Part shown: piece by piece, positions 10,769-22,022 of the stretch
How the letters are laid out: the number at the start of each line of letters is the position of its first letter
Position numbering within the stretch: the stretch's first letter is position 1
Assembly: GCF_001194135.2 (NCBI RefSeq)
Contig: NC_068990.1
Location: 79,580,415-79,644,414, forward strand
Direction: 5' to 3'
DNA: 64,000 nucleotides
DNA from: Octopus bimaculoides
Taxonomy: Eukaryota
Made by a program: the position numbers and the translations under genes
Notes under the pieces: generated by a model
What the model saw: the letters and a program-made list of their open reading frames with translations, nothing else
What the model was told of the DNA's origin: nothing
Databases searched by the model: none

Positions 10769-12197
10769 AGCCAGATTTCCTTTCTGCCGTTGGATTATTT
10801 CACCTCTTTTTTTAAATTTTGCTTTTTTTTATATCCAACAGCAGCCCTTTTCTACGAGCAATTAGGACACGTATACGTTGCCACAGCTTCTAAATCCACT
10901 GCAAATTTGACCAAACTAAAAAATCAGTTAAAAAATAATATATGGCCCTGCTTATGGTATGGAAGTGATAAATTCCAGACCACATCGTACCCTAACATTG
11001 TCTCTTTTCCCCTTATAAAAGCTAAATCCACAGCAGTACCCAGTATTTGCTTCACAAATTTTCCAAACTTTGATCCCCCATTTTGTGGGCTTTCCTGGCA
11101 TATACTGTCGGAAGCGTACTCTTCCTTTATACCCCACCATGCCCTCATCGACGGATAAGTATTTCTCAGGGTTGTAAAATGTTTTATATGCATTTTGAAT
11201 GCAGTTGATGAGGGGTTTTATTTTAAGGGATCAAAGTTTGGTTCTCCACGTACTGGGGTACTGCTAGTGTCTCTCACATGTAAATACTGGTTTAGTTTCA
11301 CAAATCGTATTCGAGTCATAATACTGGAAACATACTGTTCACCAAAAGGTTCCTGATTGCTCCAGTAATTTGTAATTCTGAGTAACTGTCTAATACCCAT
11401 AATAATATCTATGGCAAAAAATGCCTGTATTTCATCTACGGTTGTAGGAAACCACAAGCTATCTTATTTTCCAGCTTGTTTATATTCTGTGTAATGGTTT
11501 GTTTTCGCAGTGATTGCTTCAAACAAGCATGCTGGAAAAAATAAGAAGTAAAAGTCTAATGGTTTCGCTTCCTGAGAAAGACTATGGGTAGACCCTGTCT
11601 CCTCAGAAAAATTGTTAATAAAAACGTTTTTTAAGTTTTTACTCCATTCTGTTGTAAAATCATCCTCGCTGTCGCCACTTTCAGTTTCTTCAGAATCGCT
11701 GCTTTCGGTTTCGGATACAGAAATATCCAATTCATTTTCATCCACCACATGCTTTTGTACCTCATTCATTCTTTTCCTCAGTATCTCCATATCTTCCGAT
11801 GAGAAGCCTTCAAATTCAGAATCACTGCTTTCGGTTTCGGATACAGAAATATCCAATTCATGTTCATCCACCACATGCTTTTGTACCTCATTCATTCTTT
11901 TCCTCAGTATCTCCATATCTTCCGATGAAAAGCCTTCAAATTCAGAATCATTGCTTGATTGCATGAAACTCCTCTCCATTTTCAAAGTTGAAAAAATTAA
12001 TGCCGAAAAAATGTGGAAAAAAATCTTTCAAAATTCACCGAGTTCAAATATCACACCAAACAATATCGGATACAATAGCTCGACTATTTACAAAGTGAAA
12101 TCACGTGTTTTAATGAATGTACTAACGAGATATGGGTTTGAATTTACATTTAAATAACCATGGGTACTCTCAGCCAGGTTAGTAACGAAAGGGTTAA
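10769..12197 (-). mobile_element. Decayed piggyBac transposon (PGBD-like transposase pseudogene) with one intact end
   Basis: Terminus TTAA|CCCTTTCGTTACTAACCTGGCTGA (12197 inward). Acidic N-terminus, then PTTVDEIQAFF, LSVDEGMVGYKGR..QYMPGKPTKWGIKVW, GYDVVWNL; several frameshifts and stops; truncated before the third catalytic Asp. Confidence 0.88.
11691..11950 (-). repeat. 126-bp in-frame tandem duplication within the piggyBac ORF
   Basis: cagaatc anchors at 11691, 11817 and 11943; 42-aa unit SDSEFEGFSSEDMEILRKRMNEVQKHVVDE[H/N]ELDISVSETES. Confidence 0.9.
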
Positions 12198-12514
12198 GCT
12201 GCATCGTGAAGGGGATTATTAACCAGATGTCATCCTTATTTCATCTATTTTTTATATTATTTTTGGTGTAGAAACTGTCCTCAGTATTATTGTAGAAAGT
12301 AAAGTTATGGTTATAATTCTTCTTCTTCTTTCTATTGTTATTATTATTATTATTACTATCAGTTTTATTGGGGTTGTTTCTGTACGGTTTATTTATTTTA
12401 TATACCTTGGTATTATCATTCCTAACATTCCTATATTGGTTCTTAGAGCTGCGTTATTTTTATTATTATTATTCATATTAGTATTCTTAATATTGTTATT
12501 TTTCACTTTGTTGG

Positions 12515-12790
12515 TGTGGTGTGATGGAGGAAAAAGACAACAAGAAGCAAAAGGGAGAAAGAAATACAGCGACCTTACCTTGTCGACCGTGGCAGGATAA
12601 ACGATCACTCCAGATCAAACCACAACTTCTACGCACGCCGTCTCTGCTGCCTCTCCCCACATGTGCTCACTGTCCACGCATCCGCCTCTGGCCACTTCTG
12701 CCAGCCCCCTGCTGTCTTCACTTCCAATTGCTTCATCCCCGATCCCTCTCCACCAACACAACATGGCTCATCACAGCCCATAACACCACA
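12515..12790 (-). repeat. 3' LTR (276 bp)
   Basis: Ends TGTGGTGTGATGG..CCATAACACCACA (13-bp imperfect terminal inverted repeat, TG..CA); preceded on the minus strand by a polypurine tract. Confidence 0.85.
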
Positions 12791-12806
12791 CGCCCCCCCC
12801 CCTCCC
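12791..12806 (-). promoter_or_regulatory. Polypurine tract (PPT)
   Basis: Minus strand GGGAGGGGGGGGGCG abuts the LTR start. Confidence 0.75.
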
Positions 12807-12914
12807 GACCTACAGATCACTCAACCGGCTTTCCCACTCACTCCTCGCTCCCGAACTACCTTAATTGGTTTCATAATCAGCCAACAAGGAAGGAGGGTGC
12901 CGTTCCCTCTGTGG

Positions 12915-13594
12915 TCACTGTGCGACCCCGAGACTGGCCTGAGTTCCTGGCACGCTACCGCTGGCTTCATCATCTTGCCCACTGCTGCTGGTTCCATCCT
13001 CTGAGGCATTGACAATCTTCCGCACATCCAAAACATGGCGTGGCATACCATCGACAGAGACGTTGTTCTTTGAATTGATGGAGGTTATTGTTCCTTTTCC
13101 CCATTGTGATGTACACCGTGCATTTGGGGGTTTTACCCAAACTTCTTCCCCGACCTGCACAAGGGTGTGCTCTTCCTCTCCCCCGAGTCGCATTGATGTA
13201 ATACACGGATGCCTCCACTCATACCTGAATATTGCCCTGTGTGGCACTGACCCCTCAGCCTGTCCTGACCCCTCAGCCTGTCCTGACTTGGGTGACATAT
13301 TGCACCAAAATACGGCCTTGATTGACGAAATGTGGCCCCTCTCTGCCATGGTCTTGATGGTACGATGATGCCTTTCCACCACTCCATTTCCACTTGGCCG
13401 GTATGCCGCCCTGAAGAAGTGGCTGACCTGCCACCCATCAAGCATTTCTTTCAGCACCTCCAAGTGAAATGCAGTGCCATTATCCAGAAGCAGCTCATCC
13501 ATGGGGCCTTGTTCCAGGAATATCTCATTTAATACTCTCGCAATTTCCCTGGTCCGCAGTCAACTATTGAGAGGTACGTCCCCTGCCGGTAGTG
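12915..13594 (-). pseudogene. DDE integrase
   Basis: YLSIVDCGP / LLLDNGTAF / YRPSGNGVVERHHRTIK catalytic motifs; C-terminal VGEEVWVKPP..W.KG module; frameshifted. Confidence 0.88.
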
Positions 13595-13989
13595 TNNNNN
13601 NNNNNNNNNNNNNNNNNNNNNNNNNNNNNNNNNNNNNNNNNNNNNNNNNNNNNNNNNNNNNNNNNNNNNNNNNNNNNNNNNNNNNNNNNNNNNNNNNNNN
13701 NNNNNNNNNNNNNNNNNNNNNNNNNNNNNNNNNNNNNNNNNNNNNNNNNNNNNNNNNNNNNNNNNNNNNNNNNNNNNNNNNNNNNNNNNNNNNNNNNNNN
13801 NNNNNNNNNNNNNNNNNNNNNNNNNNNNNNNNNNNNNNNNNNNNNNNNNNNNNNNNNNNNNNNNNNNNNNNNNNNNNNNNNNNNNNNNNNNNNNNNNNNN
13901 NNNNNNNNNNNNNNNNNNNNNNNNNNNNNNNNNNNNNNNNNNNNNNNNNNNNNNNNNNNATACTGCAACCACAACCTGCTCCGCATCCT

Positions 13990-14420
13990 CTGGCACCTGC
14001 AACCAGGCTCGCTTTACCCTGGTTAGGATGTCTGCCCTGTTCTTCTCAAAGTCACAAAAATCACGCTCAGCTTCCGATCGAACTCAGCGGTTAGCTCACG
14101 CAGTATCCCCAATCGACGCTTTACCAACATCTCTGCGGCCCCTTTTGTTCGCACCCTCCACTCATTGGTGATGACTGCCGTCACCCAACCAAGCACAGTG
14201 GCCGAATCAGTCCTAATTTTGATGGTGCGCAGCCCCCACTTCAAGGCCAGGTTCACCCCCTTCAACACAGCATCCAACTCCAGCACATTGATATGGTTGT
14301 AGTCATCCATCTTCCACCACAGTGCCTCCTATTTCTAAGACAACCCCTATTGCGATGCTACTGGCGTCACACCAAACGATCTCGCTCTTTGATTTGGGAA
14401 CATACTAACTGCCCCTCACT
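13990..14420 (-). pseudogene. RNase H domain with DIRS1-like HINVLEL signature
   Basis: VWCDASSIAIGVV..HINVLELDAVLKGV..IRTDSATV. Confidence 0.8.
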
Positions 14421-14459
14421 GGATCCTCTGCTCTCACTCTGACCAAGACTTCCTGCATC

Positions 14460-15323
14460 ATGTCAGTCGTTTTCTCCCCCACTCTGTCATTCCACTTTGC
14501 TCCTTCGGCTCGTCTCTTGATGAAGCTACATGCTGTCCGGAGCCATCCTGCAACAGGGTAGTGTCCCACCAGCTTCCCACACACCGAGAACAGTTCCTGT
14601 CTACTCACACTGGTGTTCGGGGATCTCATTCCCTCGCCGAAACACCAACGCGCCAGCCTTGTCTCTCCGTAGCTTGAGGCCCAGTGCAGCGCCTCCCTCC
14701 ATGGCCTCTGGTGGCTTGGCAACCAGTCCGAAATTCTTCAGGTGGCCTATGACCTCCGTTGCTGGCATTATGGTTTCATCCACAAGAATGTCATCGATGT
14801 GCGAATTGGTGGCCCTTTTTACTCTGTCTACCTTTCCCAGGATGGCTTTGAGAATTGTTGCCATAATTTTTGGCGCTGAATTTAGCCCAAACCCCAGCCT
14901 GGTCAGACAGTATGTCCAGCCCTTATACCTGACAAGCTGATGCTTCCACAGTCTCTCAGCCACATGCACCTGCAGGTATGCCGACTTCAAATCAATGATC
15001 GTGGAGGCCCCTGTCATCTGCCTCTACTCTCGCAAGGTGTCCCTGCAGACATCTGTGGCCTCGCCGCCCATATGACATGATATGTGGTCATTCAGCTCTC
15101 GGAAGTCAAGCACTGGTCTGACCTTATGCTTTGTGGGCTGTACCACCGCCATCAGCGGCAGGACTCCGCTCTCTCCTTCTTCCCAAGGGATCAATATGGC
15201 CTCCTTAATCCACCGCTCCACCTCCCCCTCGAACTCGCTTCTGGCACCTCCTTTCAAAGTATGCTGGTAGCAACCCACTTTATATTTCAACGTCGGGGGC
15301 TCTCCCTTCCAGTGCCACTCCAC
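14460..15323 (-). pseudogene. Reverse transcriptase
   Basis: KVRPVLDFRELN, DLKSAYLQVHV, LGFGLNSAPKIM, HIDDILV. Confidence 0.9.
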
Positions 15324-15326
15324 TGT

Positions 15327-15800
15327 TCACCTCTGGCCATCGAAGGCAGCATGAAAATCCTGGTCTTCAATGGTGTGCGCGGCATAGTTTTCTTCGCGAT
15401 TCTCACCAATGCACAGTGTTGCCATGCACGGTTTCCCCGCAACCCCGAATGTTACACTGGCCTCGTTGACAGTGACACCTCCTAAACGGGTGATTGCATC
15501 CATCCCCATCACCACGTCAATCTCATCNNNNNNNNNNCCTCCTAAACGGGTGATTGCATCCATCCCCATCACCACGTCAATCTCATCCACCAAGTGGCCA
15601 ACTTCAATTGCTTGCAGCGTCAGCTTTGCTCCCTGCACCGCAATCTCTCTTCCGTCGACTGCCCTCACACTGCTTTCTCCACTCCGCATCTCTACCACTC
15701 CTGGAGTCATCAGGGTCGTCGTACAGCCCGTGTCCACAAGGGCTTGCGACATCTTCCCCTCCATCAGAATATCGACTACCAGTAACGATAAACGAGCCAC
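15327..15800 (-). pseudogene. Aspartic protease
   Basis: ALVDTGCTTTL active-site motif and DVVMGMD; contains an assembly duplication around a 10-N gap. Confidence 0.85.
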
Positions 15801-15839
15801 TTATGATCCGAAGGGAAGACTACTGGCGCAGTAGTCTCC

Positions 15840-16320
15840 CTTAGACCGTTTCCCTGCAGACATTCACTGGCTATATGTCCTGTTTCTCGACACTGGTAGC
15901 AAATGACCTCAGGGTTGGGTAACTTGCAGTCTCGCACCATGTGCGGGCCCTAACACCAGAAACACTGTCCTTTGAATGGTCGCACACGTTGCTCGTTCGA
16001 CCCCTCTCCGCTACCCCTTGCTCGGCCACCTTTTGCTGTTGCAGTTGCCACTAACGGCATCGATCTGCAACACGAAACTAGCACACGAGCCTGAGTTATA
16101 ATCTCTGCCATCGCCATGGAGTTCTCGTTTGGCAGCTTCTGCAACTCGACCGACATGTGGTCAGGAAAGCCAGTCACAAACGCTAACTTAACCGTCCGAT
16201 CTAGCGATTCTGCTTCGTACCCCACCAGTTTAGCCAATCTCCTAAGTTTGTTGGCAAACACGTCGACCTGTTCGCCAGTCCACTTTGCTTTCCCCAGGCG
16301 AGCATATGCTTCAAACATTC
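15840..16320 (-). pseudogene. Gag with two zinc knuckles
   Basis: VKLAFVTGFP..CFWC*GPHMVRDC..CYQCRETGHIASEC; in-frame stop in the first knuckle; 5' end falls in a gap. Confidence 0.85.
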
Positions 16321-16744
16321 NNNNNNNNNNNNNNNNNNNNNNNNNNNNNNNNNNNNNNNNNNNNNNNNNNNNNNNNNNNNNNNNNNNNNNNNNNNNNNNN
16401 NNNNNNNNNNNNNNNNNNNNNNNNNNNNNNNNNNNNNNNNNNNNNNNNNNNNNNNNNNNNNNNNNNNNNNNNNNNNNNNNNNNNNNNNNNNNNNNNNNNN
16501 NNNNNNNNNNNNNNNNNNNNNNNNNNNNNNNNNNNNNNNNNNNNNNNNNNNNNNNNNNNNNNNNNNNNNNNNNNNNNNNNNNNNNNNNNNNNNNNNNNNN
16601 NNNNNNNNNNNNNNNNNNNNNNNNNNNNNNNNNNNNNNNNNNNNNNNNNNNNNNNNNNNNNNNNNNNNNNNNNNNNNNNNNNNNNNNNNNNNNNNNNNNN
16701 NNNNNNNNNTTTTTTTTTTTTTTTTGTTATGGGCCGAAATAGCT

Positions 16745-16985
16745 TGTGGTGTGATGGAGGAAAAAGACAACAAGAAGCAAAAGGGAGAAAGAAATACAGC
16801 GACCTTACCTTGTCGACCGTGGCGGGATAAACGATCACTCCAGATCAAACCACAACTTCTACGCACACCGTCTCTGCTGCAACTGACCACACATGCTCAC
16901 TGTCCTACGTGCAGGTTGCTGACTACATGCTTCCAACCTGTCAGGTCTGCATGCTTCACCACCTTCCCATCGCCGCAGGACTTCC
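16745..16985 (-). repeat. Second LTR copy (putative 5' LTR), partial
   Basis: First ~135 bp match 12515 onward with 2 mismatches; then diverges and lacks the matching far terminus. Confidence 0.75.
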
Positions 16986-17782
16986 GAATAAAAATATATA
17001 TATATATATATATATATAAAATAAAAATATATACTAAAAATAAGATAAATATATATAGGAAAAAAAAAAAAGTAGGTGTCGGCAATGCCTGTGCTGAGTT
17101 TTAGGTCCACTGAGGCTTGCACAACACCTCATAGACCCTCTCCACTTTATTGACATTATCCAGAGACAAGCCGGAGCAAGATGTCGGGTGCCAAATATAA
17201 GTCGCAGGCTCAGGGATGTGGGAGCGCCGTAATCTCTAGCACAAACCAAAGATTCCCAAAATGTCCAATGCCATTCCCTGCATATTTGGTTTTATATCAG
17301 AGTGACCTTCTCCTAGAGACATGCTTCAACAAAAGCTGAGGGGTGCCTCACTCCCAGTGGTCTTTCAGCACACCGGTCACCATCCCGGAATTTCTGTGTA
17401 CCCGTGCTATTGCTAGATAGCCGTTGAGCCTGCACTAGGTCCATCCGAGCTTTCGACAGGTCTTGTTTTTAATCCTGCTGGGTTTCTAGCAACCCTCCTC
17501 ACCAGGGTAGCCTGGTGGGGGTGCCAGTTTAGTCNNNNNNNNNNTTTAATCCTGCTGGGTTTCTAGCAACCCTCCTCACCAGGGTAGCCTGGTGGGGGTG
17601 CCAGTTTAGTCGCCAGCAACCCGACCATACAACAGGTTGTACTGGATTACATGTTACCAGTAGCACTTATGAGAGCCTCATACGTGACCTGACATATATA
17701 TTTACACACACATATATGTGAAAGTCTCAGTGTTGCTAGTTTAGAGAATTTAGATTTGGTCAGTATTTTCTTATGAAAAATA

Positions 17783-17915
17783 TTTCCTTGCTAATGCGTT
17801 CATTTTGGCTAGCATTGTCTTTGAATTTGTATAGTGGAAACGTTGTGAATTTGGGAAACTTGTTGTAAGCACATTCGTCGATGTGCTAGCCAAAATGAAC
17901 GCATTAGCAAGGAAA
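17783..17915. repeat. Perfect 32-bp inverted repeat with 69-bp spacer
   Basis: tttccttgctaatgcgttcattttggctagca (17783-17814) and its exact reverse complement (17884-17915). Confidence 0.9.
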
Positions 17916-17919
17916 CTAC

Positions 17920-19050
17920 AGGCCAGGTCACATAGATTGTGGGTGCAGGTGGCAGGGTCAGAGTGGAATCAGCAGAAGGCTCAGAGAATGGTATGTTGGA
18001 GGGGAAGGGTAGTAGGTGAGGGAGATGGGGTGGGTGCAGGGAGAGAAAGCTGAGGCACAGTCAATGGATTGTGCACAAGAAAGGGTAGTTTGGATAACAG
18101 TGGGTGAGGATATCCATGTAGGGTGAAGTGGTAAGCCATGAGTTGAGACTGGATATTAAAGTCATGGTTGTCACTGCAAAGCGTGCATAGATGGAGAAAT
18201 TGGGAGTAGGGAATGGACAGTTTGGTGTGGGTTTGTAGTGGGTGGAAGTGGTAAGAGTGGAGTGTTCTATGCTAGCAGAAATGTCAAGAAATTCAGCAGA
18301 GGATTTGGAGACAGTTAAAGAGAATTTGAGGAATGGAAGGAGTTAAGATGTTCATGGGAGAGTGAGGTCACAGCTATCAATATAGCTCAGAAGTAGGACT
18401 GGTGAACTTTGAGAATATCTGGGGCCCATTCTCATTCTCATGGCCACTCCCAAGGCCTCATGGTAAAAATGCATCTCAAATGAGAAGCAGTTGAGGGAGA
18501 GGACAAGTTCAGCCAAGCGAAGAAGAGTGGAAGCGTCAGGCCAAGGGTCTGGATGAAGGTCTAGAGAGTGTTTGAGAGCAAAAGGACCTTTGTTATGCAG
18601 GATCATTGTGTGTATACAGATTTGATATCAAGAGTGAACAAGAGTTGAGAGAGGCCAGAAGTGAAAGAGAAATAGTTAAATAGAGAGCATGGATGTGTGA
18701 GGGGAGGGAGTCAAGGTACTTGGAGATAAGTTCAGTGGGGCAGTTGCAGGCGGAAATGATGGGGTGGCCAGAATTGTTGGGCTTGTGGATCTTGGGAAGG
18801 AAGTAAATAGTGAGGGCATGTGGGGTACAGGCAATGAGGTTGGAGGTGGTGGGAGGAAGACATGATTGGTGGAAGATACAATCTGATGGTAGTTTAACAT
18901 GGGGTTGGAGGGCAGAGGGTGATAGAAGGAGGTGTCTTGAAATCAGTGGGGCATTTCAGCCTTATAGAAGTCTGTACACCATACCACTACAGCTCCACCT
19001 TTGTCAGCCGGTTTGATGATAATGCCTTGACAGTGTCGGAGACTTAACAC
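17920..19050 (-). mobile_element. Penelope-like element RT fragment
   Basis: IYFLPKIHKPNNSGHPIISACNCPTELISKYLD and TLLRLAELVLSLNCFSF..GVAM..RMGP are diagnostic PLE RT motifs; degenerate. Confidence 0.85.
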
Positions 19051-19249
19051 AAACATAACTTATTCTCTTCTTCATAACACTACTCCCCTCCTTAGACATT
19101 TGTTGACCCAAGAAAAGTACATGACATTTGTAAATATCCAAAACTTAAGCCTGAATACGTTAATCATACAGGAAATAATCCTTAAACTTATAGGGTCTCT
19201 TCCTTTACCACTTCTGAGGACATCCATTGGCATCTGTTTCCACTGGTGT

Positions 19250-19650
19250 CTTTTGATCCTCTACTTGCTTCATTTCTTCCTCTCAGTGACTATCTTGCTC
19301 TTACACTTCTTCTTCCTTCTCCCCAGTACCTTCATCAAAAGATGTATCCAGCTTCCCAGATGAACTGGCCAGGCCCACAGTACTGCCACAGACAGTTCAC
19401 ATACACAATCTTAGGACAAGACCTCTTGGCCCTCAAATCCACTATGTCACATTGGACAGGTGATGCATCACAGTATACAGTTCCTCCAATGGACTCTGCA
19501 GCTTTGGCAACTGTTCCTTTTTCTTCTGGGCATTAGACAGCCACACTTCATCTCCCTCCTCAAAGTTGATCTCACTGGCCCTGACATCATGCTGACATTT
19601 CAGTACTTCGTCCCTGTCGGTCTCTTTTGCAAGATATTTCATATTGCTAT
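19250..19650 (-). pseudogene. Gypsy integrase C-terminal (GPY/F-type) fragment
   Basis: FEEGDEVWLSNAQKKKEQLPKLQSPLEELYTV resembles the F..GD.VWL....KKG..PKL...W.GPY.V tail. Confidence 0.65.
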
Positions 19651-21546
19651 TCGAATGTTAATTTATTGGTGCAGCCTTCTGGCTTGCCAGCCCTCAGTCA
19701 AACTGTCCAACCCATGCCAGCATGAAAAGTGGACGTTAAACAACGACGATGATGATGATAGGTTACTTCTTTGCAATTAATTCCACTATTACTATTTCCA
19801 GGCTCTGTCTCCTGGTTTTGCAATACTCTTACACAGGTTTTGAGTTACTTTTGCCTGGGTTATTAACTATGTTGTGGATTCCATTTATGTTTGTATTCAT
19901 CCCAGTTTGATCCCCGAGCTCCATACCAGTCTATCCTTACAGCTTGCTTCTTCTAATACATTGCTATATTTTTCATTTCTTCTAAAGATCTCCTCATTTG
20001 CTGAGAGTTTAGAGATGTGGGTCAAAATGTTATTGATAGTTAGAAGCTTGCTTCTTAATTACATGGTTCCAGTTTCAGTCCCACTGTGTGGCACATTGGG
20101 CAAGTGTCTTCATCTTTCGCCTTGTGCTGACTAAAGCCTTTGAGTGGATTTGGTAGACAAAACCTGGAAGACGCCCATTGTGTGTGCCTTCCTTTGTGTC
20201 TGTGTTTGTCCCTCACCGCTGCTTGACAACTGGTGTTGGTATGTTTACGTCCCTGTAACTTAGCAGTTCAGCATAAGGGACCAATAGAATAAGTACCAGG
20301 CTCTTCAAAAAATGAGAACTGGGGTTGATTCCTTCAACTAAAATTCTTTAAGGTGGTGCCCCAGCATGGCCACAGTCTAATGACTGAAACAAGTAAAACA
20401 TAAAACATTCCATTATAGTTTTGGGGTGGTTTCTGTTAAAATTGATACACTTGATATTGGTATAAACCCATAATCAAATCTCAGGTAACACTGACGAATT
20501 TAACTTTAGTGTGCCATCTTTTAGGGAGTGTGTTAAGCCTAAAACCTTGAAAAACCTAAATAACTCTTCTCTGTACTTTTCTAGTTTAACATTGTTATGT
20601 TTATGTAATGTGAATAGAGAGCCGTCCCTATACAATCCCCCCCCCCCCCATTAGCAGAAATATCCTACATATACAGAATAGGATTTATACCCCTCCAAGG
20701 TCGGTTACTGGAGCTGAATTGCTAAATCGCATGCTGATGTCAAACATGTTTGGTCTGTCCTTTCTGACCTATTATTTTCTCTCGAATATAATAATAGATT
20801 TTCTAGCAGTTAATATAATATCTACTTCGTCCTTAGAGAAATTGGAATTTTGTTATCTGTATGCATGTGCGTGCGTCATTGTTATCATCATTCCACCAAT
20901 ACCACCACCACCCTCTCTTTCAATTCCTTTTTTATTCTTGTAGAAATGCCAAACTTTTCTTTTTGTCTTCTTTCTGACCTTTACCTCTTCCTCCTCCTTT
21001 GCTATCTCTCTCTCTCTCTCTAATCCTACTTTATCTTTCAACACCATTTCATCTCTGAAGGAAAGAAATCTCTTAACTGTTTAAGGAAAACTCAGATTTA
21101 AGATTTCTCTCCTTCCTCACAGCATAAAATTTATTCTGTTGTTTGAATTATAAATCTGTGCTTAAATTAGCTTGAATTAATTATCCCAACGTTAATTATC
21201 TGTTAGATGCCAACTAAGTTCTGTATATTTTTCATTATAAAGATTTGCTTCCATCCCCATTACAGCTACCATTTTGAAAACCGGTAAATGTCTCTCTCTG
21301 TCTTTCTTCGCCCAGAAGAAATCACTGTTGAATAGAAGTGGTTTCCTGGCCTACATAATTACAGTTTTTCTGGAGTTGAGGATAATGGTGAATGCCATCA
21401 CTATTCATTCACTCCCACACACTTTTACATAACAGCAATTGCATAGAAATAAAAGCCATACATATGTAAAACGGTAGACAATGTTAATGAGTTGTGTGTG
21501 AATGAATATGATGCAATTCTTCTTACAAGCTTGTAACTCAATCATT

Positions 21547-21770
21547 TTAACCCTTCCGTTACCATATTTCTGTTCAAATACGTTGATTTTGTTTCAATTG
21601 ATTTTGAAAATAATAAAGGATTCAGTGAAACAACTTTTGTCATTATTAAACTGGTATTTGGAACTGAAGTTAGTGAGAAATTTTGATGGAAAGTTTTCAT
21701 TTAGATCACTTTAAAACAGGAAAATTGTATCCTAGAACCAGGAGCAATCTCATGCAGGTCGATATCAAGA
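21547..21770 (-). mobile_element. piggyBac-derived MITE
   Basis: TTAA|CCCTTCCGTTACCATATTTCTG matches the right end of the 31261-31480 copy. Confidence 0.65.
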
Positions 21771-21929
21771 GGATTCATGATATTCTTTGAAGCTTTTGAA
21801 ACTTTCTAAAAGAAATGTCCTAATTGTTTACATCACAAGTTGTGACCCCCTTTGGTCATGACTGACCATGGGATTGCACCTAGAAAATTTCAAGTTCACC
21901 ATTGGGGGATGTTGCAGGGATTTCTTGAG

Positions 21930-22022
21930 ATGATCTTTATAAACCGTATACCCAAGATTGTCCTTTTTGGGGAGTTAGCAGAGGGTAACCGACCACACGG
22001 AGGTCCAAAGAAACGATATAAA
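21930..22022 (+). mobile_element. RTE LINE C-terminal fragment
   Basis: RIPKIVLFGELAEGNRPHGGPKKRYK. Confidence 0.75.

Larger units (their letters stand above)
12515..16985 (-). mobile_element. LTR retrotransposon (Ty3/Gypsy-type order gag-PR-RT-RH-IN), degraded, with gaps
   Basis: Domains and LTRs are listed below; multiple stops and frameshifts; N gaps at 13596-13959 and 16321-16709. Confidence 0.9.

Noticed and set aside
11612-12157. 181-aa Ser-rich plus-strand ORF
   Set aside because: Antisense shadow of the piggyBac acidic N-terminus.
12307-12608. Hydrophobic membrane-like ORF
   Set aside because: (ATT)n low-complexity sequence running into the LTR.
13474-14094. Long ORFs spanning N runs (also 16116-16890, 34204-34593 and 59411-59696)
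   Set aside because: Open only because Ns hide stop codons.
15478-15587. Exact 50-bp duplication in the protease flanking a 10-N gap
   Set aside because: Identical sequence on both sides of a minimal gap is a contig-overlap artefact.
17468-17611. Exact 67-bp duplication around a 10-N gap
   Set aside because: Same scaffolding artefact.
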